Source of the DNA: a virus
Lineage: Duplodnaviria > Caudoviricetes
Length of the DNA: 34,356 nucleotides
Direction: 5' to 3' (one strand)
IMG/VR virus record: IMGVR_UViG_3300025653_000124
Span: 1-34,356 of that record
Positions 24,097-34,182 of this stretch are shown one piece after another. Numbering within the stretch: position 1 is the first letter of the stretch; each line of letters begins with the position of its first letter. Both the position numbers and the translations under genes were made by a program. Under the pieces are notes generated by a model that was not told the origin of the DNA, did not search any database, and was given only the letters and a program-made list of their open reading frames with translations.

Positions 24097-25319
24097 TGGA
24101 ATTATCACTTGTACGCAGCTTAATGGACAAGGAGTTCTACGACGATCATCGTGGAGCCAAGTGTCCTGATCGGCTGTTCAGCAAAGATGTACGTAAGATC
24201 AAACAGTCAATCGACAAAGCTATGGATCGTTACGAACGTACCGTAACACCTGACGAGATAGAGGCATTGTTCATGTCGAACAATCCAACACTCACCACTG
24301 CACAGAAACAAGCTTACAGTTCACTGTTCAATCAGATCAAGAAAGAGTCACCAATGGGTAGTGACGTAGCACAAGAGGTGCTGTCGAAGCTGTTTCAACA
24401 GGTCGTAGGTGAGGACATTGCTAACCTTGGCTTTGACTATGTGAATGGTAGCAAGGGTAGCTTGGAACCCCTACGTGACATCCTTGAACGTTATTCAGAT
24501 GACTTCACACCTGACCTGCGTATTGAATGGGATGACATTGACATTGAAACTTTGCTTGCAAAGAATGATTTGGAATCACAATGGACATTCAACATCCCTA
24601 CTCTGACACGTAAGGTAGAGGGCGTGAATGCAGGACACCTGATTGAAGTAGGCGCACGTCCTAACACAGGTAAGACATCGTTCCACGCCTCTCTGATCGC
24701 TGCTCCAAATGGGTTTGCGCATCAGGGTGCCAAGTGCGTGATCCTGTGTAACGAGGAAGCATCACACCGTGTAGGTGCACGGTACTTGACTGCCGCCACA
24801 GGCATGACAATGCAAGAGGTGAAGGATAACCCTGCCCGTGCTCGTGACCTGTACTCTGTGGTCAAGGATAACATCAAGATCAAAGATGCCAGTGACCGTG
24901 ACATGTCATGGGTGGAGTCAGTATGCAAGTCATACAAACCTGACATTGTGATCCTTGATATGGGTGACAAGTTTGCCAAGGCAGGTGGGTATGCCCGTCC
25001 TGATGAAGCATTGAAAGCTAATGCTATCTATGCCCGTCAGATTGCTAAGGCACACAACTGTGCGATCTTCTACATGTCTCAGCTTTCTGCTGATGCAGAG
25101 GGTAAGGTTCTATTGAACCAGAGCATGATGGAAGGTTCACGTACAGGTAAGGCAGCAGAGGCTGACCTTATGGTATTGATTGCCAAGAACCCTGTGGTTG
25201 ATGGGCAAGAGGAAGAAGATACACAACGTCACTTGAATGTTGTGAAGAACAAACTATCTGGATGGCATGGTGTTGTACACTGTGATCTGGAATACAAAAC
25301 TGCGAGGTATCAAGTATAA
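24096..25319 (+). CDS. DnaB-like (SF4) replicative helicase
   Basis: Walker A GARPNTGKT; NEE, VILD, MSQ, EAD and KNK motifs. Confidence 0.9.
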   Translation: MELSLVRSLMDKEFYDDHRGAKCPDRLFSKDVRKIKQSIDKAMDRYERTVTPDEIEALFMSNNPTLTTAQKQAYSSLFNQIKKESPMGSDVAQEVLSKLFQQVVGEDIANLGFDYVNGSKGSLEPLRDILERYSDDFTPDLRIEWDDIDIETLLAKNDLESQWTFNIPTLTRKVEGVNAGHLIEVGARPNTGKTSFHASLIAAPNGFAHQGAKCVILCNEEASHRVGARYLTAATGMTMQEVKDNPARARDLYSVVKDNIKIKDASDRDMSWVESVCKSYKPDIVILDMGDKFAKAGGYARPDEALKANAIYARQIAKAHNCAIFYMSQLSADAEGKVLLNQSMMEGSRTGKAAEADLMVLIAKNPVVDGQEEEDTQRHLNVVKNKLSGWHGVVHCDLEYKTARYQV

Positions 25320-26044
25320 TGGAAGTAACATATATTGATCACATGGGTAGTGATCTATCAGTAGTGAATGCTGCACGTGTCAGCTTTGGTAAGAAATCAG
25401 AATGGCATCAACGCATCTATACAGGTGAGCCAAACATTCTGAAAACTAAAGATGCAAAGCTAATACGTTATCTAGCTAAACACAATCACAAGTCACCATT
25501 CAATCACACGTTTGCCACGTTCCATGTTAAGGCACCTATCTTTGTGGCACGTCAACTTGTGAAGCATGAGTACATGCCGTGGAACGAGATCAGCCGTAGG
25601 TATGTGGATGATGAACCAGAGTTCTACCAACCTGATGTGTGGCGTGGACGTAGTGAAGACAAGAAGCAGGGCAGTGATGGTGAGATAAATGATATACGTC
25701 CATCAGTTGCACGTAATATGGTTGAGGATTGTCGGCAGAATTACAACTACCTGTTAGCCAAGGGTGTATCACCAGAGCAAGCACGTATGGTACTCCCACA
25801 GTCTATGATGACAGAGTGGTACTGGTCAGGTACTGTGTATGCATTCGCTAAGATGTGTCAGCTACGTATGCAGCAGGACACTCAGCAGGAGTCACGTGAA
25901 GTGGCAATGCAGGTATATGAATATATGGAGAAGCTGTACCCAGAGAGTTGGAAGGCACTGATGAAACAAGCATGGAGAACATGTGTATCATGTGGCAACC
26001 CATCAAAGGGTGACTTTTGTGGATTTTGTTTAGAGGAAGAATGA
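25319..26044 (+). CDS. thyX: Flavin-dependent thymidylate synthase
   Basis: VVNAARVSF, H.SPF, PIFVARQLVKH, NEISRRY, EQARMVLPQ and QQESR motifs. Confidence 0.92.
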   Translation: MEVTYIDHMGSDLSVVNAARVSFGKKSEWHQRIYTGEPNILKTKDAKLIRYLAKHNHKSPFNHTFATFHVKAPIFVARQLVKHEYMPWNEISRRYVDDEPEFYQPDVWRGRSEDKKQGSDGEINDIRPSVARNMVEDCRQNYNYLLAKGVSPEQARMVLPQSMMTEWYWSGTVYAFAKMCQLRMQQDTQQESREVAMQVYEYMEKLYPESWKALMKQAWRTCVSCGNPSKGDFCGFCLEEE

Positions 26045-26298
26045 TGGATAAAGATGCAGGAATACTAGGTGTAGAACAAGTAGAGGAACACGAGGATGGC
26101 AGTGCAACATATCAGTTTCACATGGATGCACATTGTCGTGGACTATTGGCAGAGGAAGGATTGAAGTTGGTACTGTATTGTGCCGCAGCAAACATGGACA
26201 TGCAGTTGGTGTATGACTTTATTGAGGATCACATCAAGTATCAGAAAGATGAACTAACAGAGTACAAGTTTGGAGCAAACGATGACGAAGCTACCTGA
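26041..26298 (+). CDS. Hypothetical protein (VEEHEDGSAT motif)
   Basis: GAGG RBS before the ATG at 26041. Confidence 0.6.
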   Translation: MMDKDAGILGVEQVEEHEDGSATYQFHMDAHCRGLLAEEGLKLVLYCAAANMDMQLVYDFIEDHIKYQKDELTEYKFGANDDEAT

Positions 26299-26605
26299 AG
26301 GACGTAAGGCATTACCCGATGAATGGTTTGTTGATAGGGCTAACAACTGGGGTCAGATCAGCCCAATGACAGATGAAGAAAGAAACCGTGCCAGAGAAAA
26401 GGAGAAAGCAAACATGAATGCAGATGAAATTGATTCCGTATCTTTGATAGCACAGATGAAGCGGTTAAACCTGACAGTAACCGAAGCACTAGAAGCTATG
26501 AAGATATTTGCTAATGATAAACAATTCCAAAAAGACCTTGACGCAGCGTACAGTAATATGATACTTGATGACTGGGACTATTGGCATGAAGGAGATATTG
26601 AGTAA
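26282..26605 (+). CDS. Hypothetical protein
   Basis: GGAG RBS before MTKLPEGRK. Confidence 0.55.
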   Translation: MTKLPEGRKALPDEWFVDRANNWGQISPMTDEERNRAREKEKANMNADEIDSVSLIAQMKRLNLTVTEALEAMKIFANDKQFQKDLDAAYSNMILDDWDYWHEGDIE

Positions 26606-28657
26606 ATGAAACACCTTACCCTCGACGTAGAAAACACTGTGGTAAAACGCAACGGCAAGCTACACCTTGATCCGTTTGAACCAGAGAATACATTAGTTCA
26701 AGTGGGTATGCTAGATGATCTTGGAAATGAAAGCATTGTAACTTTTGATCACTCTGAGCAACCACCCACACCAGAGGGGCGGTACATTGTCCAGAAAGCA
26801 TTGGATGAAACCGCCCTTCTAATTATGCACAACGCAGCACACGACTTGATATGGTTGTGGGAGTCAGGGTTCACCTATGAAGGTGCAATCTTTGATACCA
26901 TGTTAGGTGAGTACGTGCTGCAACGTGGGCAGAAGGAACCCCTGTCTCTTGAGGCTTGTGCTGAACGGTACAACCTTGACACAAAGAAGCAGGACACCCT
27001 GAAGGAGTACTTCAAGCAGGGTTACTCTGTACGTGACATTCCACATGCAGAGTTATCAGAGTACCTCTCCCACGACTTACATGCTACGCAGCAACTGTAC
27101 CTTCGTTTGCAGACATCATTCGAGGAATGCAGTTCACTGGCAGGAACAATCACACTGACCAATCAGTTGGCTGTACACCTTGCCAAGATATATCAGCGTG
27201 GCTTCACTGTTGATATGGAAGCACTTGAAGATGTGCGTAAGGAGTTCCAACAGGAACGTGACCAGTTGGTTGCTGACCTTGAGGAACAGGTACGTGAGCT
27301 TATGGGTGATCGCCCAATCAACTTGAACAGTCCAGAACAATTGTCATGGGTTATATATAGCAAGAAACCCAAGGACAAAAAAGTATGGGCAGATTTGTTT
27401 GACGACTATCGTATGACAGATACTGAGTATCGTAGTACTGTACGTCAAAATACTGAAACGTTATACAAACAGAAAGCCAAGAAGTGTAATGACTGCAATG
27501 GCGTAGGTAAAGTATACAAAACTAAAAAGGATGGAACACAATATGCAAGACCAAATAAGTGTAATGGATGTGATGGGGTGGGCTATCGCTTTCTGGATTA
27601 TCGTTCTAGCGTTGCGGGGTTAAAGTTCAATGCTCCAACTTCAAAATGGGCTTCAGCCAACGGTTTCGCAACAAGTAAAGATAAGCTTGAATACCTTGAA
27701 GGTGTCGCTAGAGAACGTGATATGCAAGACGCAGTGTTGTTCTTACAACGAGTACGCCGTTTGTCTGCCGTTGACACATATCTCTCAAGCTTTGTGGAAG
27801 GTATATCAACTCACGTAAAACAAGATGGTAAGCTGCACGTCAGGTTACTACAACACCGCACTGCTACTGGACGTTTGTCTGGTGCCGATCCTAACATGCA
27901 GAACATGCCACGTGGTGGTACGTTCCCTGTGAAACGTGTGTTCAAGTCACGTTGGGATGGTGGTGAGATCATGGAAGCTGACTTTGCACAGTTAGAGTTT
28001 CGTGTGGCTGCATTCCTATCACAGGACAAAACAGCCATTGACGAGGTGACCACAGGCTTTGACGTACACTCGTACACTGCACAGGTTATTACTGATGCAG
28101 GACAGAACATGTCACGTCAGGAAGCCAAGGCACATACATTCGCTCCGTTATATGGTGCCAGTGGATTTGGTCGTACACCTGCTGAGGCTGCGTACTACGA
28201 GCAGTTTACTAAGAAGTACTCTGGCATTGGCAAGTGGCACAAAGAGCTTGCACGTGAGGCACTAGCTACGGGTAAGATTAAAACACCATCTGGTCGTGAG
28301 TTCTCTTTCCCAGATGTTACTCGACGTGCTAATGGTACTGTGACATTTTTCACACAGATTAAAAACTTTCCTGTGCAATCGTTTGCCACGGCTGACATTG
28401 TACCTATATCCCTGATATACATCGACAAGCTATTAGGGGCTAATCAAATGCAATCATGCATCGTCAATACCGTACACGACTCCATCGTGATTGACGTGCA
28501 CCCAAACGAGAAGGATAAAGTATTACGGATAATAACAGCAGCCAATGACCGACTGCTTGCTATCGTCAATAAGAAGTGGAAACTGGATTTCAATGTACCA
28601 CTTTTACTAGAAGCAAAAATCGGTCCGAATTGGCTTGACACAAAAGATGTGTCGTGA
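26606..28657 (+). CDS. polA: Family A DNA polymerase with DnaJ-like zinc-finger insertion (HMO-2011 type)
   Basis: Exo motifs LDVE, HNAAHD, YL..D; TATGRLS; motif A DFAQLEFR; motif B AKAHTFAPLYG; motif C VHDS; insert CNDCNGVG...CNGCDGVG. Confidence 0.95.
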   Translation: MKHLTLDVENTVVKRNGKLHLDPFEPENTLVQVGMLDDLGNESIVTFDHSEQPPTPEGRYIVQKALDETALLIMHNAAHDLIWLWESGFTYEGAIFDTMLGEYVLQRGQKEPLSLEACAERYNLDTKKQDTLKEYFKQGYSVRDIPHAELSEYLSHDLHATQQLYLRLQTSFEECSSLAGTITLTNQLAVHLAKIYQRGFTVDMEALEDVRKEFQQERDQLVADLEEQVRELMGDRPINLNSPEQLSWVIYSKKPKDKKVWADLFDDYRMTDTEYRSTVRQNTETLYKQKAKKCNDCNGVGKVYKTKKDGTQYARPNKCNGCDGVGYRFLDYRSSVAGLKFNAPTSKWASANGFATSKDKLEYLEGVARERDMQDAVLFLQRVRRLSAVDTYLSSFVEGISTHVKQDGKLHVRLLQHRTATGRLSGADPNMQNMPRGGTFPVKRVFKSRWDGGEIMEADFAQLEFRVAAFLSQDKTAIDEVTTGFDVHSYTAQVITDAGQNMSRQEAKAHTFAPLYGASGFGRTPAEAAYYEQFTKKYSGIGKWHKELAREALATGKIKTPSGREFSFPDVTRRANGTVTFFTQIKNFPVQSFATADIVPISLIYIDKLLGANQMQSCIVNTVHDSIVIDVHPNEKDKVLRIITAANDRLLAIVNKKWKLDFNVPLLLEAKIGPNWLDTKDVS

Positions 28658-28664
28658 TATAACT
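28635..28664 (+). promoter_or_regulatory. Sigma70-like promoter for the SSB operon
   Basis: TTGACA-N17-TATAACT with extended TG. Confidence 0.7.
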
Positions 28665-28695
28665 AAGAACTCGCAAACAGAAAAGGAGATTTATA

Positions 28696-29586
28696 ATGAA
28701 TCAAGTAGCAACAATTAACACTGGTAACTTCAACGCAATGGCAGAAGCAATGGGCATGTCTGTTGACAACAATCAGAAGTCACAGGCAAGTACACTTGCA
28801 CGTTTACGTATCAATCACTCAGCTATCATGGGTGAGGAAACAGTGAACGGCAAGAAGGTAAAGATGGAAGTTGTATCGGGCGGTACGTACAAGTTGGAAA
28901 TCCCAGATGGGCCAACATACTATGCATCTACTGCGACTATTCGTCCATACCTACAACGCTTCATGTACAAGCGTTTCATCAAGGGTAACGACACAACACC
29001 TAACCGTTATGTCAAAACTCTGATGGCTAACGATCTGAACAATGACATGAAGGACAATGATGGTGGCTTCAACTGTGGTAAACCTGCGGGTTACATTGAG
29101 GACTTCAAAGCATTGCCTGAGAAAACACAAGAGTTGATCCGTCAGATCAAACGTGTTCGTGTCATGTTCGGTACAGTGCAACTGCATGATGTTACAGACG
29201 CACAAGGTAATCCAGTCGAACTAGATGAACAGGCATTCATCTGGGAGATTGAAAACCGTGATGCATTTAAAACTGCAGGGACACTGTTCAACAAGCTAGG
29301 CAAGATGCGCCGTTTGCCAGTGCAGCACAACATCAAAGCTGCAACTGAAGAACGTGCATTACCTAATGGTAGTAAGTTCTATCTGCCTACATTGGCTCTT
29401 GATCTGAACGAAACACTTGATGTGCAAGACGCAGAGCAAGAAACATTCGCCAACTTCCTAGCATGGGTGGAGAATTACAACGAGTACATCAAGGGTGCTT
29501 GGAATGACAATGCGTACAAGAATGATGACACAGATACAGATACTGTTGAGTCATTTGTAGACATTGACGCAGAGGATTTCGTGTAA
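28696..29586 (+). CDS. Putative ssDNA-binding/annealing protein
   Basis: 296 aa with an acidic C-terminal tail ending DAEDFV; follows the polymerase. Confidence 0.55.
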   Translation: MNQVATINTGNFNAMAEAMGMSVDNNQKSQASTLARLRINHSAIMGEETVNGKKVKMEVVSGGTYKLEIPDGPTYYASTATIRPYLQRFMYKRFIKGNDTTPNRYVKTLMANDLNNDMKDNDGGFNCGKPAGYIEDFKALPEKTQELIRQIKRVRVMFGTVQLHDVTDAQGNPVELDEQAFIWEIENRDAFKTAGTLFNKLGKMRRLPVQHNIKAATEERALPNGSKFYLPTLALDLNETLDVQDAEQETFANFLAWVENYNEYIKGAWNDNAYKNDDTDTDTVESFVDIDAEDFV

Positions 29587-30437
29587 TGAACCACCCTGCT
29601 GAACTAAAGCTGCACCAGTTTATGACTGATGCTGCCAATGGAAAGAGTACGTTCACTGAGGAACAAGCTAAGGATATTGGTGCAGAGGTCGCTGATGCAG
29701 TACTTCGTCAGTTCGGCAGTGGTAAGTCACGGGATGAGTTTACACTTAGGATGTCCAACATTGGGCGTCCTACTTGTCAACTCTGGTTTCAAAAGAACCA
29801 ACCCGATAAGGCATTACCTAAGCCGACTACATTTGTAATGAACATGATGATAGGAGACATTGTTGAGGCTGTTTTTAAAGGTCTGCTTAAAGCTGCTAAC
29901 GTGGAGTTTGAAGACACTGATAAAGTTAGCCTTACAGTGGGAGATAGTAATGATACTAGGGTTTCTGGCTCTTATGATCTTGTACTAGATGGTGCTGTTG
30001 ATGACGTGAAGTCAGCATCGCCTTGGTCTTACGCAAACAAGTTTGATTCCTTTGACACACTAGCAAAGGGTGACGGATTTGGTTATGTAGGGCAGCTTGC
30101 AGGTTATGCCAAAGCATCTGGCAAACGTGTAGGTGGATGGTGGGTCGTGAACAAAGGCAATGGTGAGTTTAAATACGTACCTGCTGATGGTCTTGACCTC
30201 GACAAAGAACTTGATAAAATTAAGTCAACTGTTGAAACGGTGAACAACAATGAGTTCAAACGTTGCTTCAGTCCTGTACCCGAGTTCTTCCGTGGTAAAC
30301 CCACAGGGAATAAGGTACTAAATGATAATTGTCGTTTCTGTGATTTCAGATACGAGTGTTGGCCCAACATGGTTGAAGAACCATCACGGGTAAGTAAAGC
30401 AAAAGACCCCAAGACGGTGGCATACATAGAGGATTAA
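29586..30437 (+). CDS. Cas4-like PD-(D/E)XK exonuclease
   Basis: RMSNIGRPTC, GSYD, DVKS, Y.GQLAGY and C-terminal CRFC.....C Fe-S cysteines. Confidence 0.8.
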   Translation: MNHPAELKLHQFMTDAANGKSTFTEEQAKDIGAEVADAVLRQFGSGKSRDEFTLRMSNIGRPTCQLWFQKNQPDKALPKPTTFVMNMMIGDIVEAVFKGLLKAANVEFEDTDKVSLTVGDSNDTRVSGSYDLVLDGAVDDVKSASPWSYANKFDSFDTLAKGDGFGYVGQLAGYAKASGKRVGGWWVVNKGNGEFKYVPADGLDLDKELDKIKSTVETVNNNEFKRCFSPVPEFFRGKPTGNKVLNDNCRFCDFRYECWPNMVEEPSRVSKAKDPKTVAYIED

Positions 30438-30439
30438 TT

Positions 30440-30646
30440 ATGTTAGGTGATGATGAAATTAAAGAACTTCAAGATGAAATCAAAATGCTTGAAGAACAAC
30501 TGCGTGAACGTAAACGTGAACTCAGTGAGAAACGATACGCAGGTTTACGTGCAGCAATGGAAGCACGTAAGGAAGCAGATCAGCTATTGAGTGAAGAACT
30601 CAAGGCATTAGGTGTACGCCGTGTGAACTGGCATCCGTTTATCTAA
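30440..30646 (+). CDS. Small coiled-coil protein
   Basis: 68 aa; GAGG RBS. Confidence 0.6.
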   Translation: MLGDDEIKELQDEIKMLEEQLRERKRELSEKRYAGLRAAMEARKEADQLLSEELKALGVRRVNWHPFI

Positions 30647-31098
30647 TGAACGGTAAGCAGTTCAAGGCTGCGTTAAAGCATGGGTATAGGAGTGGGCTAG
30701 AGATCAAAGTAAAAGATTACTTGAAGGAGAAGAAAGTCAAGTTCAAGTATGAAGCCATCAAGATTGAATGGGAAGATTTGATGTACCGCACCTATACCCC
30801 CGACTTTATACTTGCAAATGGTATCATCATAGAAGTGAAAGGAAGGTTCACATCAGATGATAGACGCAAACACGTAGCAGTAAAGAAGCAGCATCCTGAT
30901 CTTGACATACGATTTGTATTTGAAAATAGTAAACGTAAGTTAAGCAAAGGGGCAAAGACAACATACGCCACATGGTGTGAAAGAAATAAATTCTTATATG
31001 CAGATAGGGTTATTCCAGAAGAATGGTTGAAAGAGAAAGGTGTTGACAATCATCCAGACTTAGTAGTATTTCCTTATGACAAAATAAAAAGGAGCTAA
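30646..31098 (+). CDS. Endonuclease I (T7 gp3-like Holliday junction resolvase)
   Basis: YRSGLE, YTPDF, IIEVKGRF, DRRKH and DIRFVF motifs. Confidence 0.92.
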   Translation: MNGKQFKAALKHGYRSGLEIKVKDYLKEKKVKFKYEAIKIEWEDLMYRTYTPDFILANGIIIEVKGRFTSDDRRKHVAVKKQHPDLDIRFVFENSKRKLSKGAKTTYATWCERNKFLYADRVIPEEWLKEKGVDNHPDLVVFPYDKIKRS

Positions 31099-31102
31099 AC
31101 AT

Positions 31103-31423
31103 ATGCTAAACTCACTAATAAACTTTAACCCTAACGATTTCGTTATCCGTATTTCACCAGAAATGGATGACAATGGAGATTGGACAGGTGACCTTACAGT
31201 AGGTATGCTGACAACAGATGACAACACAATGAAAGAAGATGACTTTGCACATCTGAAAGTGTTGACCGACATGTTGATTGCTGCTATACCTTTAATGGAA
31301 CAGGATCATGATGTAAGGCGTAAGCTGTTCAAGCTAGTTGATCAGATTGATGCTGATGAAATGGCAGAAGAGAAGCCGTTAATAGAAGAACGTGACGGTA
31401 ACGTAGTTAAAGTAAACTTTTAG
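31103..31423 (+). CDS. Hypothetical protein
   Basis: 106 aa ending GNVVKVNF; AGGAG RBS. Confidence 0.65.
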   Translation: MLNSLINFNPNDFVIRISPEMDDNGDWTGDLTVGMLTTDDNTMKEDDFAHLKVLTDMLIAAIPLMEQDHDVRRKLFKLVDQIDADEMAEEKPLIEERDGNVVKVNF

Positions 31424-31436
31424 AAAGGAGATACGA

Positions 31437-31676
31437 ATGGTAGATAATGTAAACAAACCACCACACTATAATCACGCAGGTATTGAATGCATAGAAGCCA
31501 TTCGTGCCGCCCTAACACCAGAAGAGTTTCGTGGATATATCAAAGGGAACAATATGAAGTACACGTGGCGAGAGCAATACAAGAACGGTGACGAAGATAT
31601 GGAAAAAGCTACGTGGTATATGAATTATTATCGGGAGAATGTTATTAATGCTAGTAAAAGTATTTCTGACACTTAA
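31437..31676 (+). CDS. DUF3310 protein (T7 gp1.7-like nucleotide kinase family)
   Basis: DNVNKPPHY, IECIEAI, KGNNMKY.WR and ED.EKA.WY motifs. Confidence 0.85.
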   Translation: MVDNVNKPPHYNHAGIECIEAIRAALTPEEFRGYIKGNNMKYTWREQYKNGDEDMEKATWYMNYYRENVINASKSISDT

Positions 31677-31806
31677 CATAGATGAAGACGAATACCCAGT
31701 TCCTGTAGATGGTGAAGTTGATGAAGAGATTGACCAAAGTTTGCGGGAATTTATTTATGACATTGATGGTATGTCAATCAAAGCAATTAAAATAATAACG
31801 GAGTAA
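31648..31806 (+). CDS. Small acidic protein (52 aa)
   Basis: Hand-translated MLVKVFLTLNIDEDEYPVPVDGEVDEEI; GGAG RBS. Confidence 0.6.
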   Translation: MLVKVFLTLNIDEDEYPVPVDGEVDEEIDQSLREFIYDIDGMSIKAIKIITE

Positions 31807-33551
31807 TGCTTATGGAAACTTATGGACCAACACTAGGAATTTCAGAAGAGATTCACGCAATGAAATATCGCAGCAAAGGCGAGTCATTCAAAGAAGCAAT
31901 GACACGTGTAGCTGAAGCACTGAAAGATAATGAATCACATTTTAATAACTTCCGTACAATCCTGTACGAACAACGCTTTCTACCTGCAGGGCGTGTGCAA
32001 TCAGCAATGGGTGCACCTCGTCGTGTAACACCTTACAACTGCTTTGTGTCTATGACAATTGAAGATAGCATGGACGGTATCATGGAAGCTGCTCGTCGTG
32101 CAGCAGAGACAATGCGCCTTGGCGGTGGCATTGGCTATGACTTCAGTACACTACGTCCACGTGGCACACTGATCAAGTCACTGGACAGTAAGTCATCTGG
32201 TCCTGTGTCATTCATGGGTATCTTTGATGCAGTATGTCGTACCATTGCATCTGCAGGGCATCGTCGTGGAGCACAGATGGGTGTGCTACGTGTTGATCAC
32301 CCTGACATTGAAGAGTTTATTACAGCTAAGAACAATAGTGATACACTGACACAGTTCAACATATCGGTGGGTGTGACTGATGAGTTCATGACTGCGGTAA
32401 AAGAGGACAAAGATTTTGACCTAAAGTTTGATGGACGTGTATACAAAACTGTAAGTGCTACCGCACTATGGGATCAGATATTACGTAGTACATGGGACTG
32501 GGCAGAACCAGGGATTCTATTCATTGATCGTATCAATAAGAAAAACAATCTACACTATGTAGAAACTATTGCAGCTACAAATCCATGCGGTGAGCAACCA
32601 CTACCGCCTAACGGTGCATGTCTACTAGGTTCGTTTAATCTTACAAAGTATGTACTAGAACATGACGGTAAGTATGTTTTCAACATGAACCAATTACGTA
32701 ATGATATTCCTCATGTAGTACGTGCTATGGATAATGTTGTGGATCGTGCTACCTATCCATTAGTTGAACAGAAAGCAGAGGCAATCAGCAAACGCCGTAT
32801 GGGTTTAGGTGTTACAGGCGTAGCCAATGCTATTGAAGCATTAGGATTTGAATATGGCAGTGATCGTTTCCTAAAAACATTAGAAGAAATTATGGGAGTG
32901 ATCAGGGATGTTGCATATACTACGTCAGTTGAACTTGCTATTGAAAAAGGTCCGTTTCCTCTCTTTAGTCAAGCATACCTTGGTTCTGACTTTGCTAAGT
33001 CTTTGCCTACTAATATCCGTGATCTCATTAGCACTCACGGTATTCGCAACAGTCATCTTCTTTCGGTTGCACCAACAGGAACTATCAGCTTGTCAGCCGA
33101 CAACGTATCCTCTGGGATTGAACCAGTCTTCTCCCATTACTACGATAGAACTATCCAAACCTTCGACGGACCAAAGGTTGAACGAGTAGAGGACTACGGC
33201 TATCGTGTGTTCGGTGTGAAGGGTAAGACTGCAGATGAACTGTCAGTGTTTGATCACGTCAAGGTATTAAACGTTGCCTCACGGTATGTTGATTCCGCAT
33301 GTTCAAAGACATGTAACACAGGTGACGATGTAACATGGGAAGAGTTCAAGCAGGTGTACATGGATGCATACGATGGTGGTGCATCAGGATGTACAACATT
33401 CCGTGCAGCAGGTAAGCGGTATGGTATCCTGAATGCATCTGCCTCTGAGGACATAGTAGAAGAGGAACCAGTAGAGGAAACGCAAGACTATGTAGATGAA
33501 GGTGGTGCTTGCTACTACGATCCTGCAACTGGCTTGCGTCAGTGTGAGTAG
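31806..33551 (+). CDS. nrdJ: Class II (adenosylcobalamin-dependent) ribonucleotide reductase
   Basis: FLPAGR, NCF, GGGIG, RRGAQM, TNPCGEQPL, APTGTIS and a C-terminal Cys pair; no beta subunit gene adjacent. Confidence 0.85.
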   Translation: MLMETYGPTLGISEEIHAMKYRSKGESFKEAMTRVAEALKDNESHFNNFRTILYEQRFLPAGRVQSAMGAPRRVTPYNCFVSMTIEDSMDGIMEAARRAAETMRLGGGIGYDFSTLRPRGTLIKSLDSKSSGPVSFMGIFDAVCRTIASAGHRRGAQMGVLRVDHPDIEEFITAKNNSDTLTQFNISVGVTDEFMTAVKEDKDFDLKFDGRVYKTVSATALWDQILRSTWDWAEPGILFIDRINKKNNLHYVETIAATNPCGEQPLPPNGACLLGSFNLTKYVLEHDGKYVFNMNQLRNDIPHVVRAMDNVVDRATYPLVEQKAEAISKRRMGLGVTGVANAIEALGFEYGSDRFLKTLEEIMGVIRDVAYTTSVELAIEKGPFPLFSQAYLGSDFAKSLPTNIRDLISTHGIRNSHLLSVAPTGTISLSADNVSSGIEPVFSHYYDRTIQTFDGPKVERVEDYGYRVFGVKGKTADELSVFDHVKVLNVASRYVDSACSKTCNTGDDVTWEEFKQVYMDAYDGGASGCTTFRAAGKRYGILNASASEDIVEEEPVEETQDYVDEGGACYYDPATGLRQCE

Positions 33552-33738
33552 GAACCGTAAACAGTTAGGCACTATTCCATCACCCTGTGTACAGGTCTGT
33601 CGTATTGCTAACGATGGATACTGCACAGGGTGTAAAAGAACTATTGACGAGATACGGGATTGGTGTATAATGTCAGAGTACGAACAAAAGAAACTTTTAT
33701 TTGAACTAATGTGGAGGAAAGATAATGGGAACACGTAA
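33544..33738 (+). CDS. DUF1289 Cys-rich small protein
   Basis: SPCVQVC.....CTGCKRTIDEI..W signature; probable GTG start. Confidence 0.75.
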   Translation: MSRNRKQLGTIPSPCVQVCRIANDGYCTGCKRTIDEIRDWCIMSEYEQKKLLFELMWRKDNGNT

Positions 33739-34171
33739 ACAATTTAGCCGTGCATTGTATGAAGCATATGATGCTCCTGCAAAAGAAAAACTTGCAGAGT
33801 ATCTAACAAGTGCAGGGCATGAGATAGCAGACATGAAGGAGAATTATAATGTGGATATTGTATCAACGAAAAAAGATTATACATACTTTAATGAAGCTGA
33901 AGTAAAGCTTGCATGGAAAGGTGACTGGCCTACCGACTGGAAGGACATTCGTATTCCTGAACGTAAGGGACGTTTACTTGCAAAGTACGAGGGGGAGAAT
34001 GGAGTGCTTAACTTCTACATCTTCCGTAAAGATATGAAGCAAGCATGGCGTGTCAAGGATACTAGCCTGACAGAGGATCGTCTACGTGAGGCACATGGAC
34101 GTAACATCCTCAAGGGTGAACTGTTCTATCACATTCCGTACACAGAAGCAGAATTAATCAACGTAGCATAA
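33725..34171 (+). CDS. Putative PD-(D/E)XK nuclease-fold protein
   Basis: VDIV...NEAEVK motif; GGAGG RBS. Confidence 0.5.
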   Translation: MGTRKQFSRALYEAYDAPAKEKLAEYLTSAGHEIADMKENYNVDIVSTKKDYTYFNEAEVKLAWKGDWPTDWKDIRIPERKGRLLAKYEGENGVLNFYIFRKDMKQAWRVKDTSLTEDRLREAHGRNILKGELFYHIPYTEAELINVA

Positions 34172-34182
34172 GGAGAATGCAT

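Noticed and set aside
26538-26566. TTGACG...GATACT possible promoter for the polymerase
   Set aside because: Weak -10 match, lies inside a CDS, and lacks the TAWAACT signature.
29753-29766. GTCCAACATTGGGC, a one-mismatch copy of the early palindrome
   Set aside because: It encodes the conserved RMSNIGRP motif of the Cas4-like nuclease and lacks the shared flanks, so it is probably coincidental.
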